Part shown: piece by piece, positions 1-14,065 of the stretch
Layout: every line of letters starts with the position of its first letter
Numbering within the stretch: the first letter of the stretch is position 1
NCBI GenBank assembly: GCA_965213685.1
Contig: CBDBZY010000018.1
Coordinates: forward strand, 352,001 to 416,000
DNA length: 64,000 nucleotides
Direction of reading: 5' to 3'
From: a bacterium
GTDB taxonomy: Bacteria; UBA8248
The notes under the pieces: generated by a model
What the model was told of the DNA's origin: nothing
Database searches by the model: none
What the model saw: only the letters and a program-made list of their open reading frames with translations
Translations under genes and position numbers: made by a program

Positions 1-2114
1 ATGACATCAGCAGAGTGATGCCTGGCAGAAAGGACTACGTTTCTGTTAGGGAAGGTGAGGGTCGACTGCATGTACAAAAAAGACTGGTCCTTTGTAACCT
101 TCGAGAGCTGTACGCTACCTTCAAGGATCAACACCCTTCTGATCACATTGGGTTTTCCAAGTTTGCTAGTCTACGTCCAAAGCATTGTGTCCTAGCAGGT
201 GCCAGTGGAACACACACAGTCTGTGTGTGCACGTATCACCAGAATGTCAAACTGATGATCCATGCCGCAGGACTAGACACATCTCACAAGCATATCATTG
301 CACAGGCAGTTTGCAACCCCTCTCAGCCAAAATGTTTCCTGGATAAGTGCACTGCTTGCCCTGGTACTGAGATGCTCAGGGACTCTATGACAATTCACTT
401 TGAGAAGAAAGCGATTGTCAACGTCATTTACCAGCAGTGGGTTAGTGTAGACAGGACCACACTTGAGACCGCCAGCCTACCCTTTGAAGACTTCATTGAT
501 GCTTTCATTGAAAAGGTAGAGGTGCTCATCCCTCACTCATTCATTGCGACACAACAGGCTCAGTTTTTCAACGAATGCAAGAAAGAACTGAAAGAGGGAG
601 AGTTGGTTGTAGTTGCTGATTTTTCAGAGAACTACTCGTTTGTAGTTCAAGACGCAGCCCAGGGTATGCACTGGAACAACTCGCAAGCTACCATTCACCC
701 ATTTGTAGTCTATTACCAGCACTCAGATAAGGAGTGTCACATCAGTTTTGTTGTGATCTCTGATTGCCTACAACATGACACTGTGGCAGTACATCTGTTC
801 CAACGAGAATTGATTACATTTTTGAAATCAGTTCTCCCTTTCGGCATTGCAAAAATTACCTACTTCTCTGACGGAGCAGCTTCCCAATATAAAAACAGGA
901 AAAACTTTGTGAACCTCTGCAGTCATGAGGCAGACTTTGGCATGAAGGCCGAATGGCATTTCTCGGCCACGTCACATGGGAAGGGTGCATGTGATGGTGT
1001 TGGTGGGACTGTGAAGCGCCTTGCTGCTAGAGCCAGCCTCCAGAAACCGTTTGACCAGCAAATCATGAGCCCCACACAGCTGTATGAGTGGGCAAAGGAG
1101 AACATCCCTGCAATTGTCTTCCGGTACTGCAGCACGGAGGACTACGAGGTTGTCAAACAGGAATTGGAAAGTCGTTTCCGGAATTCCTGCACAATTCCTG
1201 GCACAAGAAAGCTACATGCATTCATTCCATTGAGTAGGCACCTGGTAGCAGTGAAGCTCTATTCTAACTCTGGAGATTGCAAGGAAGAGAAGGTTGTGAA
1301 GGATGAAGGAGAGCTAGAACTGGACGGACTGTCAGGATATGTAACCTGTGTGTATGAGAGTGAGTGGTGGTTGGCCTGCATACTTAGTGTTGACTCAGAA
1401 AATGCAGAAGTCAAACTCACCTTCTTGCACCCTTCTGGCCCCACTTCTTCCTATCGCTACCCTGCCATACCAGATATTTTATCTGTTCCAAGCTCTGACC
1501 TTCTTTGCAGAGTCAGCCCCAGAACTGTAACTGGCCGCACATACACTATCACTCAGAAAGAGAGTTGTGAAGTGACAAAAAAACTTATATCTCGCTTATA
1601 GTTGATTATACTTAATACTTAATACTTACATGTAAATTTTTCATTGTACTAGTTAAAAGGTTTTCTTAATATCTCTGAATCCCAATGTGATCCCACCACC
1701 AAACATATACCACTTCAACAGTTATTAGTGAAGATCAAAAGAGGGTGGTAATGAAAAAATCCACGAATCCGTTTTTGACTAAAGGTAGCGATAAAGTTAC
1801 CAATGTTGACCTTTGACCCTTTCCAACGACCACCCCCCTTCCAATGTTTCATATGAAAGAGAATTTCATGCCGAACAAGATAACGTGCAGCATTTCTTCT
1901 AAAACCCTTTTAAAGAAAATTTACAGCCACACACGTGGTGCTGGGTGTCTAAAATGCTGAAAAATTGAATGGCCAATAACTCCGAAGCTATACACTTTCA
2001 CACGCCCAAACTAGGTAAGGTGCGATAACTTCATACTAGGTACAAGTTTACAAAGTTTCGTTGAAATCTGAAACGCAAATGCATTTTGCCTGTTGATTTG
2101 ACGTGGAATTACCC
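1..2114 (+). mobile_element. Sola2-type DNA transposon, right part (left end outside window)
   Basis: Transposase ORF followed by a terminus ...GTTGATTTGACGTGGAATTACCC (5'-GGG on the other strand, fitting the Sola2 GRG rule). The boundary is fixed by the paralogous empty site at 61137-61140 (ACAT); ACAT follows at 2115-2118, consistent with a 4-bp TSD. Confidence 0.75.
15..1601 (+). CDS. DDD-type transposase (Sola2-like); frame open to the window edge, N-terminus missing
   Basis: Uninterrupted 528 aa with CxCxxH and Cys cluster, DFSENY, HWxxxQxTxHP, SDGAASQYKN and HGKGACDGVGG motifs. Confidence 0.85.
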   Translation: MMPGRKDYVSVREGEGRLHVQKRLVLCNLRELYATFKDQHPSDHIGFSKFASLRPKHCVLAGASGTHTVCVCTYHQNVKLMIHAAGLDTSHKHIIAQAVCNPSQPKCFLDKCTACPGTEMLRDSMTIHFEKKAIVNVIYQQWVSVDRTTLETASLPFEDFIDAFIEKVEVLIPHSFIATQQAQFFNECKKELKEGELVVVADFSENYSFVVQDAAQGMHWNNSQATIHPFVVYYQHSDKECHISFVVISDCLQHDTVAVHLFQRELITFLKSVLPFGIAKITYFSDGAASQYKNRKNFVNLCSHEADFGMKAEWHFSATSHGKGACDGVGGTVKRLAARASLQKPFDQQIMSPTQLYEWAKENIPAIVFRYCSTEDYEVVKQELESRFRNSCTIPGTRKLHAFIPLSRHLVAVKLYSNSGDCKEEKVVKDEGELELDGLSGYVTCVYESEWWLACILSVDSENAEVKLTFLHPSGPTSSYRYPAIPDILSVPSSDLLCRVSPRTVTGRTYTITQKESCEVTKKLISRL

Positions 2115-3102
2115 ACATGTGCCATAGATATCCCATGGATGGGACTTCGAACTCGTGTGAATAGCAGATCCTTTGGTACGTTTGTTGATGCGTAGCTCCA
2201 CGGATGAAGAAGGAAAGGTCGACATAAAAACGATGGCCGTTTCGAAAAAGATGAACGTGTGAAGACGTGCGTTTCCAAGACGTTAGAGACTTACATGTAC
2301 GCGTACCGCGTACTGCCGCGGGTGAGCTGCATAAGACGATGTACCAGCTTGCTGGACACAAAGGCAGAAGCGGCATTTCAGGAACCGAGCAGTGAGTGTG
2401 TGCTCTCACTCTCACGCTGTTGACAGTCTCTCTCACTGACGGACGTTAGACATTAGACAGTGTTGGTGTCAGTCTTATACATGTCTACTCACTTGCTCTG
2501 CATACGCACATTATGCATACATATTGCTGTACATGTACATGTTACGTTGTCTCTACTACTGCTACATGCACCATCTTTCATTTTCTTGTTATACCTCATT
2601 CCTCTACCTCAAACTTTGTCTATTCTATTCCTATTCCTATCACATATTGAGAGCCGCTAGTTATATGCACGTCTTGTGTATGCATGCACATTTCTATTTA
2701 CTCTCCCTCCCTCCCTCCCTCCTCACTATCTCTGTCCTTCTCATTAACAAGGACATTTTGATATTTTAGTATTACTGCCAGTCAAAAGAATGTTCCAACA
2801 TACACATATACATGTAAATCCTGTTGGAGAACAATGTTCTCTTGTCAGACTGTACTAACTGTTGTTAACTGTGATGTCATCTGTGTGTCTCTTTATAGCA
2901 TGTATAGTGATGTAATGGTGTAGGCTTATTTAGAACTTTGTGTTGGCTGTGTAGTTCCAGCCACATGTTCATAAGAGTCAGTGCAATCACTTATTGTCAA
3001 AGCCGAGTCAGTCGCAAGTGCTTCTCTTTGCAACATACCCATCCCTTAATTACACCATTCACATTTCACTTGGTATATTCCTTCCCCACAACCACATGCG
3101 TG

Positions 3103-3155
<53 letters not shown>

Positions 3156-3355
3156 GTACAAGATACAACCCCCTGTGACACCTTACCTTTTACCTTCACC
3201 TTCAGCTGATACCAATTCTTCCTCTTCCTTCCCCCACTTCCCCCCTTTGTTCCTCATCCTTACCTTTCTCCCTCTCCTGCTCACCCACCAAGATAAGATA
3301 CTATTCCAACTATGTCCCTGCCCCATGCTGTGATGAGCTAGTGAGGTGTGCCTAC

Positions 3356-3442
3356 CTTCACTCTCTCTCCTCTGCCGTTCTTCCTCCAACTTGGACCCAC
3401 TCAGGACATTAGTTAGTGTCCACTTATCTTCCTCTTCACACT
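3356..3442 (-). CDS. Post-Kelch linker exon (copy A); next exon unresolved
   Basis: 87 bp, phase 1-1, CTGCAG acceptor and GTAGG donor; ECEEEDKWTLTNVLSGSKLEEERQRRESE. Confidence 0.7.
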
Positions 3443-3757
3443 CTGCAGTGGAGGCAGAGATACATGTACAGTTACCTAGGCAACCCTCTTGCCAGTAATT
3501 AGTGCAGTACTCCTCCCTCTGCCCACAGAGGAGATCACATTACATCATCCACTCACACCTGACATCCTGTGCATAGTGCACTATGTACCCACAGGGAGGA
3601 CATGCCACAGCCTTGTACATGTACATACCATCTCACCACATCTCCTACTGCTACTGCTGCCCACAGCATCACTCCACAGTGAGCAGTGTGGCCAGTCCCC
3701 CACTCCACTCACTGCCACAGTGCCCATCATGCTGCCTACCACACTCACTCCACTCAC

Positions 3758-3932
3758 CAAACTCCAGGACTGTGGTGTCAGACAGCAGCGGCCAGTCATC
3801 TGCTGAGGTGTACTTGTTAGGGTTATCGGAGACTCCAGCCACAGCCACCACCAACTTCTTTGTAGGAGTGAGGTGGATCACTCCACCACCATGCCACCAC
3901 CGTGGAGTCAGGGATCCTGGGGGAAGGAGTAC
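3758..3932 (-). CDS. Kelch-repeat protein exon (copy A)
   Basis: TACAG acceptor, GTGAGT donor; PRWWHGGG...LLSDTTVLEF, resembling a final blade. Confidence 0.82.
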
Positions 3933-4430
3933 CTGTAGGGAGGGGAACAGGAGAACACTCAAATGTACAGCAGTCCACACAATTGTCTGCTACTCCACTG
4001 CTTACTGTTGGCTGTCAGTGGAAGTGTGTTGTGTATTATCTCAAAGGCTGCACATCACCTCCTACACACCCACTGCCTTCACTGCTGTCCAGTAATGGAG
4101 CAGCCCATTCCTCACTACTCTCTCCCTCTCCATACCACACAACTCTACACCACATGACTTCTCTACATGCACTGCACACACTGCCATATGCTCTGCACAT
4201 GCCAACCTCTATCCACTCACATGCCACACCTACTCACCTGGGTTGGCTGCACAGGACAATACCACACACACCACAACACACCATCACTACTGGTATAGGG
4301 GCAGGCTTACAAGGGAAAGTGTTCAGCTGAGCACTAGCCACACATGCAGTGTGAAGGTCATTGCCACACAACAGCACCACTAAGGGGACATCAACACACT
4401 CACTGCCTCATGAGCTCACAGCTCACTCAC

Positions 4431-4628
4431 CTCCTCCCACTGGATGGCATTAATATTGAAGAGCCACACATCTCCCAGTGGCTCGCCTGCATTGGTCAGA
4501 CCTCCCACCATCACCATACATGGGTGAGGTGGGTCTCTGTCTGGATCCCACAGACTGTAGGCTGTGTGGGCCTGCCTCTCCTTAGGCCATGGCTGGCCTG
4601 TCTGAGGTAGCACTGGTCCAGTCCAGTG
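4431..4628 (-). CDS. Kelch-repeat protein exon (copy A)
   Basis: 198 bp, phase 0-0, canonical splice sites; WPKERQAHTA...MVGG...DVWLFNINAIQWEE. Confidence 0.88.
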
Positions 4629-5389
4629 CTGGAGAGGGAGAACAATTTGAACACACTTTGAGATCATGTAATCCACTCACATATGCACATGCTCCAGCTC
4701 AGTAAGGCACCCTCCCCTCCCTGCACTGCCTGTATGGACTCACACTACTAGCTAGCCACACATGCCAGCCCATGTACATGGAACATGTACCTGCACACCT
4801 CTTCTCCCATGCACACTAACTGTCATGTACACTGTACATACATGTACACTGTATGTAGTCTACATGTAGATTCTGTCTCATCATGATAAGAGCAACATCT
4901 TGTCCACTACTCTATCAGTTACTATGCATGTACAGGCCACTATTGGGTCCCACCAGAGACAATATATTACTGTATGTATTCCCATATTCACGTGTGTATG
5001 CTCATATTCATGTACATGTGTGTGCATGTGATGGTGTCTTGTGCAGGGGACAGTGTCTCCTGTAGCACTGCTCTACATGTATGTACTGCCAGACCTGCCA
5101 CTCCTCATTCCAACTCACAGGCCATGCTCCCCTCTCTACACTGGCTCATGGCTGATGACTGAACACACACTCTCTTCCCTGCACTGACTCATACCAGGTA
5201 TCTAGGCCCACACTAGCCTCACATCACATCATCGCAATCATATTACACTGATAGATATATGTACGCACATGGAGAAGGCACTAATTATGTGTTTTATTGT
5301 TCAAACAACTGAACTACATAAGCAGTAGGCCACAGGTGATCTCAGACAGTACATTATTAATTAGGTACAACTATATCTCAGCCACTCAC

Positions 5390-5550
5390 CCATGCCTCAG
5401 TGTCCAGGATGAACACTGCATTTGTCCTCCTCATCCTCTCTGCATCCCACCCACCAAACCACACGACTCTCCTCCTGTCCACTCTAGTGAGGGTCATGCC
5501 AGCAGATGGAGGAGGAGTCCTACCAGTGGTGGGTGGAGTGGACCACTGAC
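5390..5550 (-). CDS. Kelch-repeat protein exon (copy A)
   Basis: CCCTCCAG acceptor, GTGAGT donor; GQWSTPPTTGRTPPP...VVWFGGWD...VFILDTEAW; phase fits neighbours. Confidence 0.88.
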
Positions 5551-7442
5551 CTGGAGGGGGAGGGAGGGAGTGGTCTGTGACTAGCCACACCCACTGGCCT
5601 GGGGATGCTGCTCACATGATCCACCAACACCCACCAGGTAAGGCACAAGGCACTCTGCTCCTCACAACCATCTACACCTCACAACCATCTACACCACTTT
5701 TTATTCACAGACTGTAGTGGTATTGTGGGCATGGGAGTGAATACAGTTCATAGTTGACACAGAAGAGGTGCCTGGCTCTGCAATGCTCTGACTGTACTTC
5801 ATTTGAATATTTTACTATGAAATATTTTGTTGGAGCCAATGGGAACTATCTCAAATAAGTAAACATTGAAACTTCCTGTTTATCATAGACAGTGGTGTAG
5901 TGGTATTGTGGGCATGGGAATGAATACAATTCATAGTTGACACAGAAGAGGTGCCTGGCTGACTGTCCAAACATGAGCATGCCAGGCTGATTGCCTGACA
6001 TGATACAGGTACATACATGTACATAGCAGAGGGTGAGGGATGTGACTTGTGTAGAGCAGCATACATAGTCACATCATTTGCATGCCCACCTCATGTGGTG
6101 AGAGGTAGCATGTCTGTGCATATATGTATGCTAATATGGTTACCATGCACACAGGAGGAGAGAGAGTGCTTCCTTATTAGGAAGCATACTATCACCATGC
6201 CTGGCCAGGCTGTGTGGGTGTTTCCCAACTGTCTATGATGGGGCACAGAGACCACCTCCACCCTAACTAACAGCTCCTCCTCAAGCAGCCACTGCTAGAG
6301 AGGCAGCACTGCAGCACAGAAGAGACAGCCTAGCACCAAACATTACTAACTAGAGGAGTGATGCAGCCGAGGAAGGCCTTGGAAACAAGAGAGACATGTC
6401 TACAGCAGATGAGCTCATATCAGCTCCCACGACTGCTCCTGAGACTGCACTGGAGGGAGAAGCTCGGCTGCAGTAGAAAGACACATTATATATAATTGCT
6501 TAAAAATAGATTGGCCTCTGAGACAATAGACAGGAGAGAGGTCCAGCTATGTAGTCCAGTTAGAGTTGATAGCAACTCCTCAGCATGAGAGACTGCTCAG
6601 TGATAGTACTAGACAGAGGGAGCTGCAGAAAGTCACAGCTACAAGAAGCTCAGGTGCAGTAGAGAAACGGTTTGTTTTGAGGCTGTTACTTAATGGCCTT
6701 TGAGACAGTAGAGACAGTAGAGAATGGAGAGATCCAGCTGTGCAGTCCAGTTAGAGTTAAGAGCAACTCCTCAGCATGAGATATATCTCACTGACAGTAC
6801 CAGACAGAGGGAGTTGCAGAAAGACATAACTACAGTGCATGTGTACATCTACATAAGGGGTAACTCAAAGTTTGCCATTCATATGGAGGGCACACTCCCA
6901 CTAGGGGGTCTGGGAGAATGCCACTGAGTGAATTATTGAAGTACAGACACTCGCAGATGGCTTCTGAGGCATTCTGCAACTAGTCATAGCCATTCTCATT
7001 ATTCTGTTAGGGGATGAAGTTGCTTTCTTGGGGGAGGGGGTGATATTCCAGGCCTTTTCCTCCCCCTGCATGAACCCCTGCTGATTTTGCAACACAACTG
7101 TACCCCATACACATGGCCACATGTACAATCATGCACACCTTACTGCACCTAATGATATCCTAAAATTTGAGGTACATAGGAGAGGGCAAAGAAAAGGTAT
7201 AACTGATCTGCAGCACATGACCACACTTATGCATATTACATGATGCATTACCGGTAATTGGTTTCTAATCCTCAAGTACACATACTTTGAGTAAGGATGT
7301 CATGCTCTGACAGCAATCAGTTGTCTCTATCTGCACTGAGTTTGTGGTCTGTGTCTGGTGTTATTACATGAGGCCATGTGCAGAGGTCAGCTCATAACAG
7401 CATGTGAGGTAGAGTAAAGGTACTGACAGTCCATGCACACAC

Positions 7443-7977
7443 CTGACTCAGAGTTGTAGTACAGGAACTGATTGGTCCATCCTCGACCTTTACTGTCCCC
7501 TGGATTAGGAATGAAGCCTGTCATTGGTTGGTGGGTAGGACGTTCTGCGTACCCTCCAGCAGTGAGTAGATCTCCATTAGTCAGTGACACAAGGCCTGAG
7601 TTCTTAGTACGTAGCATTTGGCCAGTGCTGGCAATTCTCCTCCATACAAAGTTTTGGGAGTTGAAAACAGAGAGCTCATTGCAGAAGCCTGGTACACCAC
7701 AGTGGCCGCCCATGAAGTACACGTTTGTGTGGTACGAGGTGACTGCAGCACCTTGGTACCATGATGGCAGCTCACCAGATGTCAGATATTTCTTCCATGA
7801 TAAGGTCACGCCATCAAACATCTCCACTTCTCGTGGTAGCGTGAACATGCTTTTGTGCTGGAATGACTTAAGCATGCCCCTAAACATCCAGAGTTGTGAG
7901 CCAATTGAAAAGGTTGGAGCATCACAACGTTCCTCAGGATCATATGAGCCAGTTGGCTGTGGAGGAGGCTCAGCCAT
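7443..7977 (-). CDS. Kelch-repeat protein, first visible coding exon (copy A)
   Basis: MAEPPP...VYFMGG...NELSVFNSQNFVW...LLTAGGY...GWTNQF: Kelch GG/W pattern. Polypyrimidine acceptor just upstream of the ATG (exon start 7985); phase-1 GT donor at 7442. Confidence 0.88.
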
Positions 7978-8799
7978 GGCTGGATCTGGGGAGAGGGGGG
8001 AGGGGGAGATAGCCACTGAGTGAAGTTTCAGCCACGACAATACACATTTGTAGAAGTTATATACATGTATATGTGAACATCTTTCAGGTCTGATTTGAGA
8101 CAGTGGAACAAGATTGTAAGCTACAAACACTTGTAGTACGTGCAGCATGTGCAGTAGGCATATCTCAACACACGTGGGTATCAGTGCACTGGGCAGTGCT
8201 TCAAACTGTGTAAGGCAAACTAGGCAAGTGCAGTCCAGTGTTGTGGCCAGGCTCACACCACTTGCAAGAGGCTGCTAAACTGATAGTAGAAGCCCTTGAT
8301 GTAGCTTTACCATCTAACTACATACTGAGGTTTCTATGCACAGTGGGGGAAATCCCATGATGTATTGTACTATGAGGCAATCCCATCATGTGATGGATTT
8401 TATGGCTGCACACAAGGACATTCTGGAGCCATCTTATGCTACTCGATGTCTGACCTTTATCACTCTATGCAAATGCTAGACATGTACCTCACAGGGTGAA
8501 GTTACCATGAAGATACTATGTGTATACTGTCCACAGACCATTAGAGGTAGCTACTGCCTCGTGTTGACATGAGGAATGAGGAACAGGAGTTTGTGCAGTG
8601 TGTGGAGACCTGATGACACAATGAGTGAAACGCCATGTACATTGAACGAAGGTCAGTGCACATTGATATATAGTCAACACTGCCATGTTAGGGCGGAATT
8701 ACATGAAGGAAGGTATAGTGCACGAAGTAGTGGGCTCAAGCGGTAGAAACGTGTCATTAGAAACCAAGTGAATGGGTAATGGCTACTCTGAGCGTTACA

Positions 8800-9460
8800 G
8801 TCCTACTGTTAGGGGAGGGGCTTGCTCTGATACACGATCGAGCGAAGAGAAAACAAGAGCCGAGGGCTGAGCGCTCAGCGGGCAAAGGCTAGGGCCGCGC
8901 TTGCACATGTGAGCGAGCAAGGACACTGGGACGGGCGACGTGTGCTCTAACGTGCGACGGGATGAGGAATGAGAGCTTGGCTTGACACTACTCTAGTCCT
9001 GTCACGCAATCACAAGAGTAAGAGAGGTCAAAATGTCGCTGTGGACGTGTTCCTACTGTAATACACATTGTGGCTCTGCGTTCGCCGCCGGCAGCGCATA
9101 TGGTAAAAGGGTAGGCGGGAGATGTATACGCGTGCAACCTTTACTGCTTTGAATGTAAGCTTGTTATGGCTCACACTTTTCTGGGTTCTCCTATAGCCAG
9201 TTGAATGTTCTGTTTGTTCTCTCCCTTGCGCAGCCACTCTGATCTGCCCCACCCTTTGCTCAATAGTATCCTAGAAGTATGCGGATATGGGCGACAGTGA
9301 GTCTTGTGCAAAACCGGAAGTTCCATGAATATTGCTGTAGGAAGTCTCTTATCCAAACTCCTACACTCCAGAAACCCACGCCCACCATTGCGATCCGCCA
9401 CATGGCCTGCGCGCGAAAGCAAGAAAACATAGTTACTAATGCCGTTTCTAGCAACTGTAT
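8800..9460. promoter_or_regulatory. CpG-rich segment, candidate promoter/5' UTR region of the Kelch gene
   Basis: Locally CpG-rich against a CpG-poor background, 1-1.5 kb upstream of an ATG exon that begins with a splice acceptor. Confidence 0.35.
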
Positions 9461-10260
9461 ACGCTGTCAGTTCAATGGCTAGTGCTGTAAACCACAGGTT
9501 GTGAAGTACACGTCGTACCAACAATTGATCTAGTCTCGCAAGCCAGGCGTACTTTTCCCGTTAGCGAACGGGAAATGCGTACTTTTCCCTTCGCATTTTC
9601 CCGTTTTCCCTAAGCATAATACATCTATATAGTAACAATTCTCTTGTGACTTTAGCTATACAAACATTCTCAAACACTCTCTGGTTCCATGTGTTCAGAA
9701 AAGTGACTTCTTACTGTATTTCAGTTGCCTTTCACGTGTGGCGGCGCGTCATCGACAAACATGGCCACGCCTTCCCCGAGAAGGCGTGGCTCCGCGAGGC
9801 TGCGACAAGCAGAAGAAAGTGACTTGTAATTATTATCAGACTCAAAGTCATTGAAGGACTAGTATTGGAGGGCCTAAGATATTTCCTGGGATGGGATGAC
9901 ACAGCCCACACTTAAAACCATCATTAAGAAACTGTAATAGTCGTTGGATGCTAAGGCATATATGCATACGTACATGAAACTTATGGGTCTGATATGTTTT
10001 AGGTCCGTAGTTTTGTTGTTTCCAAATGTATACGTTCTTGACTTTTTGTTTTGTAATGATGTACATGTACATTTTGTCTTTGTGGTCTAGGTGAAATATG
10101 GGGTAAGTGTGAGGAGTGTATGTTCTGTAGAGGGTGGTATGTGTTTTCCAGGGGCTGGGAGTATGTGTTCTATCTGTGCGAGTGGGTATTTACTCTGGGA
10201 AAATCACGAGGTGTGCTTGTATGTAAAGCAAATAGACAGGTGTTATTAGACGAGCTTATG

Positions 10261-12590
<2,330 letters not shown>

Positions 12591-13884
12591 TACTACGTGT
12601 GTGTGTGTGTGTGTGTGTGGGGGGGGGGGGGGGGTAGTAAAACACACGTAATATTATATATGTAGCTATTGATTAGGGGTTAATATATCATACTGAAATG
12701 TATTCAAATGATCCATAATCAGCAGCAGTAAATTCACAAAATCATTGACAACCACCACAATAACCTATAAGCATGCATTTGACATGTCACTTACCTTTTC
12801 AACACAGTCTCTTGTACTTTGCACATACACTTATGCATGTGATTATGTGTATGTACTTCCATTAAATTGTCTGGGGCTAAAGCTGGGCTGGAGAATGTTA
12901 GCTAGGGAAGGGAGAGGGTGATAACAGACCCCTCCCCCTTTTCCGAGGGCCCATCTGTACTTGAATTGAAACCCTGGTAGTCTGCATGAGCATGAGGTGC
13001 ATGCAGCTGTGGCAATGCATCCCTTTTTTCACCCCTTACTGGTGTGCAGCAAAGGTACACTGTACACATACTTCATCTCACAGAACATTCTGTGGGGGGT
13101 TGATCAAAGTTAAGTGCAAATGAGTACACATTTCCCTCTCACTGGACATACACCCCCTATTTCTTAAGATCACCATAACTGTAATTATAAAGTATGAAAA
13201 ACATTTTCCAAAAATGTAGAGGGATGTAGGGATGGCAGTGCCAAAAACCACAGAAACTAGGTGTAGAGATGGCAGTGTACAGGCAAGACAGGATATAAAA
13301 AGACTACACAAGCAACCCCATCCCTACATCTTTCTTTTTCCTTGAAATTGTTCTGTGAGTTTAGCTATGACAATTCTGGGAAAATCAATGCCATGCGGTG
13401 AGAAAAAAGAAAGATGATACATGGTCAGGTGTCTGCTAACACGAGCACTGGAAAGGGGCAGGCCTGCTGAGCTGTGATTGTGTGAGGTGTATGTAGTTAG
13501 GGGCGTTGTGTTGTTGCCCACTGCCCCAGCGTCCATTGGCCCTCATGCACATTTACTTGTATAGTGCAATGCTCAGGCACGTACATGTGTGCATGAACAT
13601 GTGAAGTGAATAGTTCATGTGCAGTGTATGTGCACTGTTCATGTGCAGTGCTCTCCTTTCCTTTTCCTTGTCCTTTTTTTCTAGAAGGTGAGCTGTTGCG
13701 TGTGCCTAGTTTTGGGGTTGTTTGTGTGTGACTTGTGTATGGATGGTAGATGGTCCACATGGGTGGTGAGAGTTGGTGCACCATCAAAAGATCTTTAAGC
13801 CCCATTCCCAACTCTTAAGGTTGGGCATGTGGACCATCTGCCTTCTGTTCTGTTCTTATATGTGTAGGCTTGTTGCTTTCCCCT

Positions 13885-14065
13885 TTTCTAAGCCGTTGAT
13901 GTTGTTAGAGATATATATCTTTCTAAGCCAATGAAGCTGCTGTACATATCTATTTTTCTAAGCCGTTGAGGTTGCTACAGATATTTCTAAGCCGTTGAGG
14001 TTGCTAATATTTCTAAGCCGTTGAGGCTGTTTCCAGATATTAAACTATATATTTCTAAGCCCCTA
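13885..14065. repeat. Short minisatellite (TTTCTAAGCCGTTGAGGTTG core)
   Basis: About six variable-length tandem units. Confidence 0.75.

Noticed and set aside
6250-6835. Possible LRR-like remnants in a roughly 190-bp duplicated unit in the Kelch intron
   Set aside because: Multiple stops and frameshifts, and the flanking Kelch exons join in phase without it.
8605-8645. Hammerhead-like CTGATGA...GAAAC core
   Set aside because: Only 2-bp stems II and III are possible and stem I cannot pair.
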